A stretch of DNA of 64,000 nt from Eledone cirrhosa (GCA_964016885.1 OZ024747.1:79484001-79548000), one strand, 5' to 3'. Positions 41,055-55,569 are shown, counted from the stretch's first letter. Made by a program: numbers and translations. Notes: generated by a model not told the origin, from the letters alone.

Positions 41055-41056
<2 letters not shown>
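40741..41056. mobile_element. pogo/Tigger-like MITE in (TA)n
   Basis: Imperfect ends cagtgtacccgcgg… / …gcgaatatcggggaactactg; internal tattcgcg repeats. Confidence 0.55.
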
Positions 41057-41131
<75 letters not shown>

Positions 41132-41200
41132 ATAGGGAGAGACACAAGACACTGACAAAAATATAGACATGGAACTGACAAGTATCAATATATATATATA

Positions 41201-41249
<49 letters not shown>

Positions 41250-41273
41250 AAATATATATATATATATATATAC

Positions 41274-41400
<127 letters not shown>

Positions 41401-41735
41401 TTAATCAGTAGACAGGTAGATAGATAGATATTACTATGTTAAAACAAGATACAGTACTAAAGAAATAGACCGATAGATGACTTACTTTATCGTGTACTAC
41501 GGCTGTCCATGTTTATAGCCCTGGTCTAATGTCTAAAGACACTTAACTCCGGTCTTAGTCTAAAGAGACTTAACTCTGGTCTCAGTCTAAAGACATATCG
41601 CTCAGTCTAAAGACACAACAATTCAAATTTCGGAGCTTCCTTATAGTTCATTCCTTCTTTCTTTTCTTTTCTTTTCGTTTACCACTTATATAAGTCAGTG
41701 TATCTCTACGTACGAGTTTGTTTATATACTATATA

Positions 41736-41776
<41 letters not shown>

Positions 41777-41967
41777 CCCCTCCTTACCTCCCCTTCTTTC
41801 TACTCCACTTCCTCCTTCTCCTCATATCCCCTCCTCTTCTTCTCCACCTCGTCTGACACACACACACACTCACTCACATAAACATGGAAACAAACATACA
41901 TACACACATGGAAACAGACACACACATACACATACACATACATACACACACACACATACACACACAC

Positions 41968-42037
<70 letters not shown>

Positions 42038-42369
42038 ACACACGTACACACGTACACACACAGACACACTATCCTTGTTTAACTCTCGCACTTTATCAGG
42101 ACATGTGCACTTAGACTTGTATCCATCACACATACGTTGCAAAAACAAACAAATGCACACACGCACACATACCACACACGCACACATACCACACACGCAC
42201 ACATACCACACACGCACACATACCACACACGCACACATACCACATACGCACACATACCACACCACGCAAACGGCTTCCACCCCACAGAAGACACGGATTG
42301 ATACACTCACGCGTGTGTGCATACACACGCACATATATATATATATATATATACATATACATACACACG

Positions 42370-42400
<31 letters not shown>

Positions 42401-42449
42401 ACACATACATACATACATATATATATATATATAAATATATATATATATA

Positions 42450-42480
<31 letters not shown>

Positions 42481-42560
42481 GTGTATATATATATATATGT
42501 GTGTGTGTGTATAAATACACACATATACCCCCCCCCCACACACATATATATATATATATA

Positions 42561-42869
42561 TAACGAAGGAAATGTGGTAAGGAACCAGATGGATCATAAC
42601 GCACCAAAGTACTCAATACTTAGGGTAGTAGAGTGGGTAATAGGAACGAGTAGGACCCCGACGGCTGAGCTCAAGCCGTTTCGACGGCTAATTCTGGAAT
42701 AAAAAAATAAAATTTTTTTTTTTTTTTTAAATCCAGAATTAGCCGTCGAAACGGCTTGAGCTCAGCCGTCGGGGTCCTACTCGTTCCTATTACCCACTCT
42801 ACTACCCTAAGTATTGAGTACGTTGGTGCGTTATGGTCCATCTGGTTCCTTACCACATTTCCTTCGTTA
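42561..42869. mobile_element. 138-bp-arm inverted repeat in (TA)n, PLE pLTR-like; related fragments at 20859-20916 and 21332-21436
   Basis: 42561-42698 vs 42732-42869 (2 mismatches) with an A/T-only spacer. The arm contains a hammerhead 3' half, GAAACGGC-ttgagctca-GCCGTC|ggggtc, and the tail motif gtattgagtac. Confidence 0.7.
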
Positions 42870-43521
42870 TATATATATATATATATATACACCGTTTGTA
42901 TGTTTGGAGTCACCTCATCAGTAAATGTTATTTTTAAACCTATAAATTTACAACTATCATTAACATCTCCCCTCCCTCTCTCTCTAGAACAGAAACTATA
43001 TTCAGGACTATATTAATTCTTTCTTTTAAAACAGAAGGGCGTAATTTGAGGAATATTCTACAGCTATTTCTACTGCTATTTCTAGCAGAGTGAACGTCTA
43101 TGTAGTGGCTCTGCACGTTAGCATGTTAACTCTGAGGCCAACTTTGATTGAGTAGACCTAACCTGCATGATTAAACAGACTTGTGTCCACTAAGAAACAC
43201 GCACACACTTTTAATATATGTATGTATGGAACGGTCCTCTGTCGGTTTCGACGATGAGTGATCCAGTTATTCGATCAATGGAAAGGCCTGCTCGTGAAAT
43301 TAACACGTAAGTGAGTGAGCATTCTACAGACGTGTACCCTTAGCATACTTCTCAGGGAGATACAACATGGCACAGTGAATGACAAAGCTGGTCCTTTGAA
43401 TTGCAGATACAGTTATCTGACAGGCTTTCAAACAATCTCCGTCAACTCAATTTCAACCATAAGGTATGGGTGGAGCAGAGCCTATGTAATATAGACTTAA
43501 ATATAAATGCATATCATAAAT

Positions 43522-43842
43522 AAAGGGTAAGGGTTAGAATAATGACCCCCTTCGGTGACGAATGACCATAGGATTTTCACCTAGAAAGTTCCTCAACGAA
43601 GTACTAGTTTAGGTAAGGTTGTTTGTGGAAGACCAGTCGCCCTTGTATACCGGTCTCCCTTCTCAACAGGTGTTGTGTGAAGAGAAAGGCAATGGCCGAT
43701 ACAGTTTGTCACCTGTGACGTCGCAACTCATTTCTACAGCTGAGTAAAAACCGGAACAACGTGAAATAAAGTGTCTTGCTCAAAGACACAATGCATCACC
43801 CGGCCCGAGAATCGAACTCACAACCTCACGATTGCAAGCGTG
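43522..43842 (-). mobile_element. tRNA-head CORE-like SINE with a different 3' body; related heads at ~18890-19000 and 49345-49492
   Basis: caacgtgaaataaagtgtcttgctcaa…aatcgaactcacaacctcacgat shared among the copies. Confidence 0.65.
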
Positions 43843-43849
43843 AGGTTTT

Positions 43850-43892
<43 letters not shown>

Positions 43893-43893
<1 letters not shown>

Positions 43894-44284
43894 ATTGTTT
43901 CTACTTTTTTGGCACAAGGCCAGCAATTATCCCAGTGTATTACTGGTACTTTATTTTATCGACCCCGTAAGGATGAAAGGCAAAGTTAACCTCGGCGGGA
44001 TTTGAACTCAGACCATAAAGGGCCGTAACTCTTTATGGTCTGAGTTCAAATCCCGCCGAATAAATATATAATTGTTTCTACTTTTGGCACAAGGCCAGCA
44101 AATACCCAGTACATTACTGGTACTTTATTTTATCGACCCTTTAAGGATGAAAGGCAAAGTTAACCTCGGCGAGATTTGAACTCAGTTCGTAAAGGGACGT
44201 AACTGTGCTGCAAAGCCAGGCGTCTGACCCTCTACTGATACTGCCAATCCACATATCATTGTTTCTACTTTAGACACAAGGCCA
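43893..44284 (-). mobile_element. Tandem SINE family 1 copies; the first ends in a 29-bp fold-back
   Basis: Homology to the reference copy; 43992-44020 is inverted at 44031-44059. Confidence 0.85.
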
Positions 44285-46992
44285 GTGGTGGTGGTGGTGG
44301 TGGTGGTGGTGGTGGTGGTGGTGGTGGTGGTGAGGGTGGTGGTGGTGGTGGTGGTGGTGGTGGTGGTGGTGGTGGTCGTCGTCGTCGTCGTCGTCGTCGT
44401 CGTGGTGGTGATGGTGGTGGTGGTGGTGGTGGTGGTGGTGGTGGTGGTGGTGGTGGTGGTGGTGGTGGTGAGGGTGGTGGTGGTGGTGGTGGTGGTAATG
44501 GTGGTGGTGGTGGTGGTGGTGGTAATGGTGGTGGTTATGATAGTGGTGGTGGTGGTGGTGGTGGTGGTGGTGGTGGTGGTGGTGGTGTTGGTGACGGTGG
44601 TGGTAATGGTGGTGGTGGTGGTGGTGGTGGTGGTGGTGGTGTTGGTGACGGTGGTGGTAATGGTGGTGGTGGTGGTGGTGATGGTGGTGGTGGTGGTGGT
44701 GGTGGTGGTGGTGTTGATGATGATGATAATAATGTTGATAATGAAAGTTAGGATGATGATAATGATGCTGATCACAACACCACCACCACGACAACAACAA
44801 TACCACCACCGCAACCACCACGACAACAACAATACCACCACCACAACCACCATGACAACAACAATACCACCACCACAACCACCACGACAACAACAATACC
44901 ACCACCTCCACTAACACTGCCATCATTAACAACAACACCGTCACCACTAACAACAACAACACCACCACAACCACCACTACCACCACGACGACGACGACCA
45001 CCACCACCACCACCACCACTACCACGACCACCACCAGCACCACCACTACCACGACCACCACCACCAAGACCACCACCACCACCACCACACCACCACCACC
45101 ATCATTAACAACAACACCGTCACCACTAACAACAACACCACCACAACCACCACTACCACGACGACGACGACGACCACCACCACCACCACCACCACCACTA
45201 CCACGACCACGACCACCAACCCCACCACCACCACCACCATCACGAACAAGACAACTACCACCACCACCACGACCACCACCACGACCACCACCACTACCAC
45301 CACGACGACGACGACGACGACGACGACCACCACCACTACCACGACCACCACCACCACCACCACCACCACCACACCACCACCACCATCACTAACAACAAAA
45401 CCGTCACCACTAACAACAACACCACCACCTCAACCACCACCACCACCACAACAACAACAGTACCACAACCACCACCACCTCAACCACCACCACCACCACA
45501 ACAACAACAACAACAACAACAACAGTACCACCACCACCACCACCAGCACCACAACCACCACCGTCACCACCACCACCACACCACCACCACCATCACTAAC
45601 AACAACACCACCACCTCGACCACCACCACCACCACAACAACAACAACAACAGTACCACCACCACCACCACTACCACCAACAAAACCATCACTACCACCAC
45701 CGCCACCACCACCACCACACCACCACCGCCACCACCACTAACACCACCACTACCACCACCACCACACCACCACCACCGCCACCACCACTACCACCACCAC
45801 CACACCACCACCACCATCACTAACAACAACACCACCACCACTAACAACAACACCACCACCTCGACCACCACCACCACCACCACCACAACAACAACAACAG
45901 TACCACCACCACCACCACCACCACCACACCACTACCACCAACACTCCCACCACCACACCACCACCACTACCACCACCACACCACCAACACCACCACCACC
46001 ACTACCACCACCACCACACCACCACCACTACCACCACCACCACCACACCACCACCACTACCACCACCACTACCACCACCACACCACCACTACCAACACCA
46101 CCACCACACCACCACCACCGCCACCACCACCACCGCCACCACCACCACCACTACCACCACCACTACCACCACCACACCACCACCACCACACCACCACCAC
46201 TACCACCACCACCACACCACCACCACTACCACCACCACTACCACCACCACACCACCACCACTACCACCACCACCACACCACCACCACTACCACCACCACC
46301 ACTACCACCACCACCACCGCCACCACCACTAACACCACCACCACACCACCACCACACCACCACACCACCACCACCACCACACCACCACGACCACCACCAC
46401 CACACCACCACCACACCACCACACCACCACCGCCACCACCGCCACCACCACCACCACACCACCACCACTACCACCACCACACCACCACCACTACCACCAC
46501 CGCCACCACCACCACCACCACCACACCACCACCACACCACCACCACACCACCACCGCCACCACCACACCACCACCACACCACCACCACACCACGACCACC
46601 ACCACACCACCACGACCACCACCACACCACCACTACCACCACCACCACTACCACCACCACCACACCACCACTACACCACCATTACCACCACCACCACTAC
46701 CACCACCACCACACCACCACCACACCACCACCACCACCACACCACCACGACCACCACCACACCACCACACCACCACCACACCACCACTACCACCACCACC
46801 ACACCACCACCACACCACCACCACACCACTACCACACCACCACCACACCACCACACCACCACCACCACCACACCACCACGACCACCACCACACCACCACC
46901 ACCACACCACCACTACCACCACCACCACTACCACCACCACCACACCACCACCACACCACCACCACACCACCACCACCATCACTAACAACAAC
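44285..46992. repeat. 2.7-kb (GGT)n then (ACC)n trinucleotide-based tract, strand switch near 44770
   Basis: Directly visible. Confidence 0.97.
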
Positions 46993-47337
46993 TCTTTCTG
47001 GACAGAAATTATTAGATACAATAGAAATAGAAAACGGAAATAAATGAATGAGGTGGAAAGCCAAAGTAATGATGTATTAATTCTATGGAGTCGTGGATTA
47101 GTGGTTAACAACTTCCTAACCATATTGTTCCCTGTTCAACCCCAATCTTCCAGGTATTTTGTTCTCCCATATAACTTTCCACTTTTGGTACAAGGCCAGC
47201 AAATACCCAGTGAATTATTGGTACTCAGACCATAAAGGGCCGTAACTCTATGCTGCAAAGCATGGTGTACGACTCTCTACTGATACTACCAATCCACACG
47301 GATTGCATGGAGTCTTGTAAATGAAACTGGTTAGATG

Positions 47338-47520
47338 CAGACCTGTCAACTCTCCCCGTCCGGTGGGAAGATCTCCCACTCACTTTGGGGTAAATAAGAG
47401 ATGTCTTTTCTTGTGAAAATGGGTATAGCTTTCATTATGTAAAATCTCCCCATTTCTCCCCGTTTTGGGGGACTTTTTTTCATGGTACTCCGTTAGGGTT
47501 TTTAGAGGTTGACAGGTCTG
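47338..47520. mobile_element. MITE with 13-bp TIR CAGACCTGTCAAC; second copy at 26560-26755
   Basis: Perfect terminal inverted repeat and two dispersed homologous copies; TSD not clear. Confidence 0.75.
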
Positions 47521-47784
47521 CTACCCAGTCATGGAGTGCCATAAACAGGTTCTGTTCTTTTACTTTTTTTGTTCTACTGGTTTCACTCACCAGACTGCGG
47601 CAATGCTGGGGCACTGCCCTAAAGTGAATCATATTGACACCAGTAGCTGTTTTGAATTACAGACAGCTCATTTTCCCATCTGAGTGAACTGGCTAACGTA
47701 AAATAGAGGGCCTTGCACACGCACGCACGATCATGAATCCGGCATTCTAACGACTAAGCCACGCGTTTTTACATATTCATTACA

Positions 47785-48310
47785 TGTGTATGTATGTGAG
47801 TGGGCATGTATGTATGTGAGTGTATGTATGTATGTATGTGAGTATATGAATGTATGTATGTGAGTGGGCATGTATGTATGTGAGTGTAAGCATGTATGTA
47901 TGTATGTGAGTATATGAATGTATGTATGTGAGTGGGCATGTATGTATGTGAGTGTATGCATGTATGTATGTGAGTGTAAGCATGTATGGATGTGAGTGTA
48001 AGCATGTATGTATGTGAGTGTAAGCATGTATGTATGTGAGTGTAAGCATGTATGTATGTGAGTGTAAGCATGTATGTATGTATGTGAGTATATGAATGTA
48101 TGTATGTGAGTGGGAATGTATGTATGTGAGTGTATGCATGTATGTATGTGAGTGTAAGCATGTATGTATGTGAGTGTAAGCATGTATGTATGTGAGTGTA
48201 AGCATGTACGTATGTATGTGAGTATATGAATGTATGTATGTGAGTGGGAATGTATGTATGTGAGTGTATGCATGTATGTATGTGACTGTATGAATGTATG
48301 TAAGTATGTA
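47785..48310. repeat. (TATG)n-derived ~22-26-bp higher-order tandem repeat
   Basis: Unit approximately atgtatgtatgtgagtgtaagc. Confidence 0.9.
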
Positions 48311-48351
48311 TGTATATTTGTATATATGTGTCTCCCTCCCCTCTCTCTATC

Positions 48352-48382
<31 letters not shown>

Positions 48383-48414
48383 CGTTTTTCAACATTAGAA
48401 ATATTTTACAAGTG

Positions 48415-49160
48415 AAAATAATTGCCATTATTTGCGATTACCACCAGCCATCACTTAGGAAGGTATGCGATTCCATTCCTGTAGAATTCTTCTGGCTTCG
48501 ATGCAAAGAATTCCGTCAGCCACTGATTCAATTGGTCTTCATTGGCGAAGGTATTTGACTGCATTGTATTGTTCATTGAGAGAAAAGATGATAGTCTCTA
48601 GGCGCAAGGTCGGGCGAATACGGTGGATGGGGAAGAACCTCCCAACCTAGCTCTAGCAGCTTGTCACCGGTCATCCTTGATGTATGCAGCGAACAAGACC
48701 ATGGGGTGGCTCCATCTGTGCAGTTTTTGCCGCTAATCTGTCAAATTGTAGGCAATAGATGTCAGCTAGTGTTCGGTGGGAGCAGCTCGTAGTGGATGAC
48801 ACCTTTTGAGTCCCACCAGACGTGAAGATGGAGGCCAGCCTTTGCTTGCCGTTGTGTCGCACTCTCTTTATCAACCTAAGATTGCTTGCGCTTGACATTA
48901 ATTTAAAGACACCATTTTCATCACAAGTGACAATGGAACCTAACCAGTTGATTGTGCGATGGTAGGAGAGCAGAGATGTCGCAGCTGCTACCTGACATTC
49001 ACGATTACAGTCAGTCAGATTGTGGAGTACCCATTGCTCCAGCTTGGACACCTTCCCTATTGCTTGCAAGCGATTGAGGATGGTTGTTTTCGATACTCCA
49101 AGCACTTTGGAGAATTGACGTAATGTCTGGCGGGGGTCGGCTTCCACCAGCTCGCACAAG
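48415..49160 (-). pseudogene. Mariner (Mos1/SETMAR-like) transposase relic
   Basis: LVEADPRQTLRQFSKVLGVSKTTI (HTH), WVLHNL (WVPHEL-like), IVTCDE. C-terminus FFASKPEEFYRNGIAYLPK*WLVVIANNGNYF read manually. 5' end lost at a (CA)n tract. Confidence 0.85.
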
Positions 49161-49248
<88 letters not shown>

Positions 49249-50587
49249 CAGATCACACCTATGCAGGTTTAGCTGGCCTTCTCCAAGGTATATCTCGTTG
49301 GAGGTGTCTTGGGTAATTTTAATGATAGGAACCCCAGTCCTATCATCTCATTTCTACAGCTGAGTAAACTGGAGCAACATGAAATAAAGTGTCTTGCTCA
49401 AAGAAACAACACATCATCCGGTCCGAGAATTGGACTCACAACCTTTCGATTGCAAGCCCAATGCTCTAACCACTAAGCCATGCGCCTTCACAGTTGCTCG
49501 TCATTGAGACATGGTGTGGGACCCATGTTAAGGTAACAACTCATGCTGCTGCGCTTAAACCAGATTAGAAGTCACAAAATAAACAGACACAAATAAACGA
49601 TTTAGGTAGATCCATGTTGCTTCCCCTTTGACGGCACAACAGAAAATGAGAAATGCACATAGGGTATACCAACTTCACTTCTTATAGACGTACTCTTGCG
49701 CAAACAAAATAAAAATAAATCACTTCTCCTTTATATAACGAGCTTTGACGAATTTGCTACCCGAACCGTTGAAACCACCCCTGGTTTTATGATACAAAAC
49801 TTTACTATAAAGTGTTTATATTTATCTAAAAAACGATCCGTCATAGTTTTATGTACAGATCTTTGTTGATATAAACCACAGGTTCTCAACCCATTTAGGC
49901 CAAACGCCCCCTTTTGTCCCTCGAAATCACGAAACGCCTCTCTACCCTATTTTTCCATTTTTCAATATACTACTGATTTTGATATCAGTAGATTACTAAA
50001 AAATTGATTAACAATATTCCAAAGATACCATTGCAGGCAGCTGAGAGTATAAATACATTCCTTGAAAGGAAATATATAAATTTAAAAAAAAGGAACATAA
50101 ATGTTCTTTTTATGAATAAGGACCAGTTGAATTTGTTATATTCCCACCAGGCGATACCAACTATTTTGAACATTTATACAAGAACAACTCTGTCTATCCA
50201 AAGAGTGCTCTTATCTGGAAGAAAGTGGCAATTATATCATTTCAAAGCTTTCCAATTTTCCCTTTAATGAAACATACAGAATAAATGTTGATATCTAACT
50301 TGATGTCCCCTCTGCTTTGTGAGCTTAGAGACCACGGAAGAGGGTTTTCATGACCACGCGGGAGGGTATATTTATTAGTAAATGGTAAAATATATACAAC
50401 AAATGAGTAAGTGAATTGTAGTAGATGGTTTCCAGTCCAGTCAGACTGCAACTACAAATATAAAAAATTGTTAGTTTGCTTTGTAACAATAGCATATCTA
50501 AGTTTTCGGATAAATCAACTTACTTTAACTTTGACCTCATTTCAATGGGACCCTTGAACTTTATGGAGTCTAGCTAACTCTTTGACG

Positions 50588-51605
50588 TCAGGCTGGATTT
50601 TTCGTAAGATGTAGCCGGAGATCTCCACATGTAATTACATTGTAGCGGTTGCGAGCCTTACTGTGCAGTCTGGAAACAGCACCAAACCTCCTGTTGACTA
50701 AGTATGAACTTGGAAAAGGCAGAGCAAATCTTTTAGCGTCTGCATGTAGGTGTGGAAATCGACGCTGAATTTCCTCTTGCATCCAAAAAAGGGGTTCACC
50801 TATTTTGGGAAATCTAATTTTGATCATGTCATCTGCTTGAAGTTCAATGAATTCTTCCTGAAATATAACGTCCAAATCATCGACGTTAGCTGTGAAGGGA
50901 TCTGTTACCCACATTGGGATGTCCATCGGCAAAAGGTCGACAAACCGTTCTCTCATGTTGTCTTGTAGCGCACGGAGGTGAGCGGTATAAATTTGGAGTT
51001 GGTCATCGCTTACAATGTTTTGAACATTGGCGACACGAGGAAAATTATAGAATTCCCGTCAACAAAGATTCCTTTCGATGACATTCAATTTGGCCAGGAA
51101 TGTTTTTACAGCATTCCTTGCTTTAAGCAAGGTGATCTTCTTCCCCTGCAAAGACAAAATGACGCTATTGCATTTGTTGACGATGTCGGTGAGGTAGGCG
51201 CAGTCTTGCCTCACATCGAGGGTTTTCTTGTACAGTTCTGTGTTGCGTCCTCGCAGAAATTCAATGATAAGAGTCAAACAGTTCAAAGAAGTGAGTAAGG
51301 CAGTTGCCCTTTGAAAGCCACCTCATTTCATTATGAAGGAGCAACTTGACGAATTCTTCGTCATTATCTTGGCACAGTTGCCGGAAAATTTGTTCATTGA
51401 GGAAATGCCGTTTGATAAAATTGATGACATCAAGGGCCACCTGCAAGGACTTGCTCAGTGGCTTGCTGAATTTCTTCACAGCCAAGTGTTGTCGATGAAT
51501 GACACAATGAACAACAAATACAGATAGATTTTCTCTCTTCAGAAGAGTAACGAAACCCTTATGTTGGCTGACCATTGCTCTAGCGTCGTCCGTAGCACAT
51601 GATAC
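50588..51605 (-). pseudogene. hAT/Buster transposase C-terminal half (ZBED5/SCAND3-like), frameshifted
   Basis: Motifs ATDDARAM, HCVIHRQHL, LLHNEMRWLSKGNCL, WVTDPF, LPFPSSYLV, GDLRLHLT across three ORFs. Confidence 0.88.
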
Positions 51606-51607
51606 AA

Positions 51608-52052
51608 TGTATGTTGTATTTGGTCCTAGATGTATGTATTGCCTGCCTGTGTGTTGTAGGTAGTCCTAGATGTATGTATTACCTGATTATGTATTGCATG
51701 TGGTCCTAGATGTATGTATTACCTGATTATGTGTTGTATGTGGTCCTAGATGTTTGTATTACCTGATTATGTGTTGTATGTGGTCCTAGATGTTTGTATT
51801 ACCTGCTTATGTGTTGTATGTGGTCCTAAATGTATGTATTACTTGCCTGTGTGTTGTATGTGGTCCTAGATGTGTGTGCTACCTCCTTATGTGTTGCATG
51901 TAGTCCTAGATGTATGTATTACCTGCTTATGTGTTGTATGTGGTCCTAGATGTGTGTATTACCTGCTTATGTGTTGTATGTGGTCCTAGATGTGTGTATT
52001 ATCTGATTATGTGTTATATGTGGTCCTAGATGTGTGTGCTACCCGCTTCTGT
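51608..52052. repeat. 40-bp minisatellite (~11 copies) inside the hAT element
   Basis: Unit tggtcctagatgtatgtattacctgattatgtgttgtatg. Confidence 0.93.
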
Positions 52053-52698
52053 GTTTTTCTTTCTTTTTTTATTTGTAATATTATTTATACAATAGGAAAT
52101 AAAATAGATCTACATAGTGTTAACTCGTTACGGTTGAGTCAATCATTTCAGACATGAAATACATTGTTATCGGTGAAGGAAAGACAAGATTCTAACTGGC
52201 TGCGCTTGAAGTGTCCTTGACCCAGTTGACTGTGGGTTTTTCCATTGTTAGGATCTCAATTGCCGGTTAATGTCTAAACACGCCTGCACACCTGCTCACA
52301 GCTGCGGTCAGACCATAGTTATGCTGTCTGTATGCTCATTCAAATGCATTCACACTGGCTATCTCAAAGACATACAAATATGGCTTATAAAACTTACCAA
52401 AGTAAAGAGCCTTCCAGTGCACTCCAAAGCTCCAAACGCCGCCCCCCCCCCATAGCCGCCTTTCTCCCAAACGCCCCCCTGGATTTCCGAAACGCCCCCT
52501 GGGGGTGCATATGCCCCCCATTGAGAACCTTTGATCTAAACAGCAAAATGATGATAAAGTTTGTCTTATTACTAAATCCCTCTAAATTCTTAATTATTTA
52601 AAAAATAATTTGAAAATTACAAGCACTTTCTTTCAGCGGAAATATAGCAACGAAATGGTTAGGTGTTTATATTTATAAACACCTAACCATCGTATAAG

Positions 52699-52742
<44 letters not shown>

Positions 52743-52797
52743 GAAAGCGCTTTGGCAATAAGAAATCGATAGAAATTATATACAACCATCGTATAAG

Positions 52798-52849
<52 letters not shown>

Positions 52850-52928
52850 CTTATACGATGGTTGTATATAATTTCTATCGATTTCTTTTTGCCAAAGCGC
52901 TTTATTTCGAGACACACACACATACATG

Positions 52929-52989
<61 letters not shown>

Positions 52990-52990
52990 T

Positions 52991-53105
<115 letters not shown>

Positions 53106-53869
53106 GTGTGCGTGTGTGCGCGCGTATGTTTCATGTATGTATGTGTGTGTGTCTCGAAATAAAGCGCTTTGGCAAAAAGAAATCGATAGAAATTATATAC
53201 CAGACGTATACATTGATTTAATTGACTAAATAGCTGGAAGGTGGTGCCCCAGCATGTCCACAGGCTAATGACTGAAACCAGTAAAAGAATAAAACAAACA
53301 AACAAAAATGTTTGGGCCATCTTTGTGAAAAAATGAGGGCGGCAAATTAGTTCTTATATTGTTATCTACTAAATCTCCCTGAGAATTATATTAAAAGTAC
53401 ACGTATCTGTAGAATGTTCAGCCATGTACACGTTAATTTCAAGAGCAGGCTGTTCCCTCCAAACCGACAGTGGTCCATTTCATCGTTATCTATCTCACAC
53501 GTGACAGAAACATGGCACACGTCTTGAACGACAAAAGATCTGCAGGCTTCTGGTCGAAGACACGTGCCACTTCCGTGTCTACATCTAAACAACACATGGC
53601 TGGTCGTAGAGAGGGTCGGCGCTCCTATTAAGTTCAACTAAGCAACCGCCTAGGACGCTGACCGTAGGAAGGCTCATTACTGAATCTTAAGGGATTATAG
53701 TTTTATACAGACAAAAGCAGGTAATGCACACTATAGAGTCAACACATAAACAGACTCATTAACTGCTTAATGAACACAACCATAAGGATATGGTCCGAAC
53801 GTGGAAGAGCCGAAATCCCACTGTCATCGCCTCCATCTCTCTCGCGTTCCCCATCCCTCCGTATGGTGA

Positions 53870-54127
53870 GCAAATAGGGTCCCACGTGCTGGCCTCCCCA
53901 CAGCCCCGGCGGACAGAATGGAGAAGGCGTTTCCCCGGAGGATGGTAAGGGAGATGTACTGGCAGAGCCATTCCAACTCGCGAGGCTCACACCTGCGGCT
54001 GGCTAGCTCAGCGACAATGTTGGTGAGTAGGGAGGTAGCCCTGGGGCCAAGGACACCAGAGGTCTCCACTGCCAAGGGCAAGGGAACGACCGCGAACCTG
54101 TCGGAGAGAGACCGGTACTTGGAGATA
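53870..54127 (-). mobile_element. CRE-like non-LTR element RLE C-terminal fragment; shorter relative at 61862-61982
   Basis: SKYRSLSDRFAVVP…PLAVETSGVLGPRATSLL…WLCQYISLTILRGNAFSIL matches the P.AVET.G…QR.S.A..RGNA..IL signature. Confidence 0.7.
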
Positions 54128-54382
54128 TTTGTATAATTAAATTGAATTTATAATAATTTCCTGTGATCAATAAATAAATCACTAAATATCTTTGGAATGT
54201 AGCAGCGTTGTGGAAATGTTCAAAGTGATGGAAAGAGTCGTATAGTGTAATGATCTGTCATGTGATTTGGCGTTGGTGAATGCGGACAGCGAAGTGAGAA
54301 ACACAAGCTTAGCAATCTTCTTAGTGCATATGTATATTGGGTTAAAACTAATTGATTTCAAGGCACTATCTAAACATAAATG

Positions 54383-54559
<177 letters not shown>

Positions 54560-55042
54560 TTAGTATGGTCAAGGAAAGAAGTATCAAAAACTAGGTTCGT
54601 CAGCTTAGTAAACTATAAGTTGAAATTATTTCATTTGGGAGAATGGGGCGCACACATTGTAGAGCTAGCTGAGCACCCTAAATACTCAAGGGTCACTTCT
54701 GGTCACACACACACTAGTGTGTTTGTGCAGTTATTGTTGAATAAGGAGTACCTGAGCTGGCACTGAATTCACTATTTGCGTAGAATATATTCTTTCAATA
54801 CTTAGGATTTCCCCTAAGTATTTCTTTTCGAATGTGTTTAGTGAAACTCTCAATAGTTATTTTTATAAATGACAAACTACAACACCAACTTTGACCAAGA
54901 ACTCTAGTTTAAGAATCTCTTATCCGAAATTCCAAAATATGAAGTTTTTTTTTTAGTGAAATGTAAATGAATAATCGTGTGTAGACTTGGGTCAACCTCA
55001 TCAAGCTATCTCATTTTATAGATGCTGTATACTAAATATATA

Positions 55043-55205
55043 GGCGGCGATTTGGCAGAGTCGTTAAGACGTCGGATAGAATGATTTACAGGTTTCGTCC
55101 CACCTCATTGCGTGTTCTGAGTTCAAATCCCGCCGAGGTCAACTTTGCCTTTCATCCTTTCGAGGTCGATAAAAAAGGTACCAGTGCAGTACTGAGGTCG
55201 ATTCT
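55043..55205 (+). mobile_element. SINE family 1 copy
   Basis: tggcagagtcgtt…gagttcaaatcccgccgaggtcaactttgcctttcatcc. Confidence 0.8.
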
Positions 55206-55569
55206 TCCTCTATAGAAAAATTAGACTGTGTTCAGACCTGGAGAGGGTTGGCCTCTACCAGATTTTAAAATGCCCTAGACACGCCGTATGACGGTTCCTC
55301 TGCGAATCCACAAGGAATTATGCGATCTTTATCCTTTTTATACAAATATTCCAAAATCAGAAATCCGAAACTATTCAGGTCCCAAGCAGTTCTGATTCTC
55401 AACCTCTACTTAGATAATGGGACTGGTGTGCTGTCTACTGTCTTCTCTACATGCTCCCTCAATTTGCTAGAAATAGCAGCCAAATATTAAAATTACACCT
55501 TAGAGAACACAATGGATAAGTGTAGTGTTAGATAAAAAGTGCTCGAATAAAAGACTTGTAGGTCACAGC

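Larger units (their letters stand above)
49877..52533 (-). mobile_element. hAT (Buster/Charlie-type) DNA transposon, internally deleted and decayed
   Basis: TIRs cacaggttctcaa (49877) and ttgagaacctttg (to 52533). 8-bp TSD atataaac / atctaaac (NNNTANNN pattern). Transposase fragments inside. Confidence 0.85.

Noticed and set aside
44182-47123. Poly-His/Val/Thr/Trp ORFs
   Set aside because: Trinucleotide repeat artefacts.
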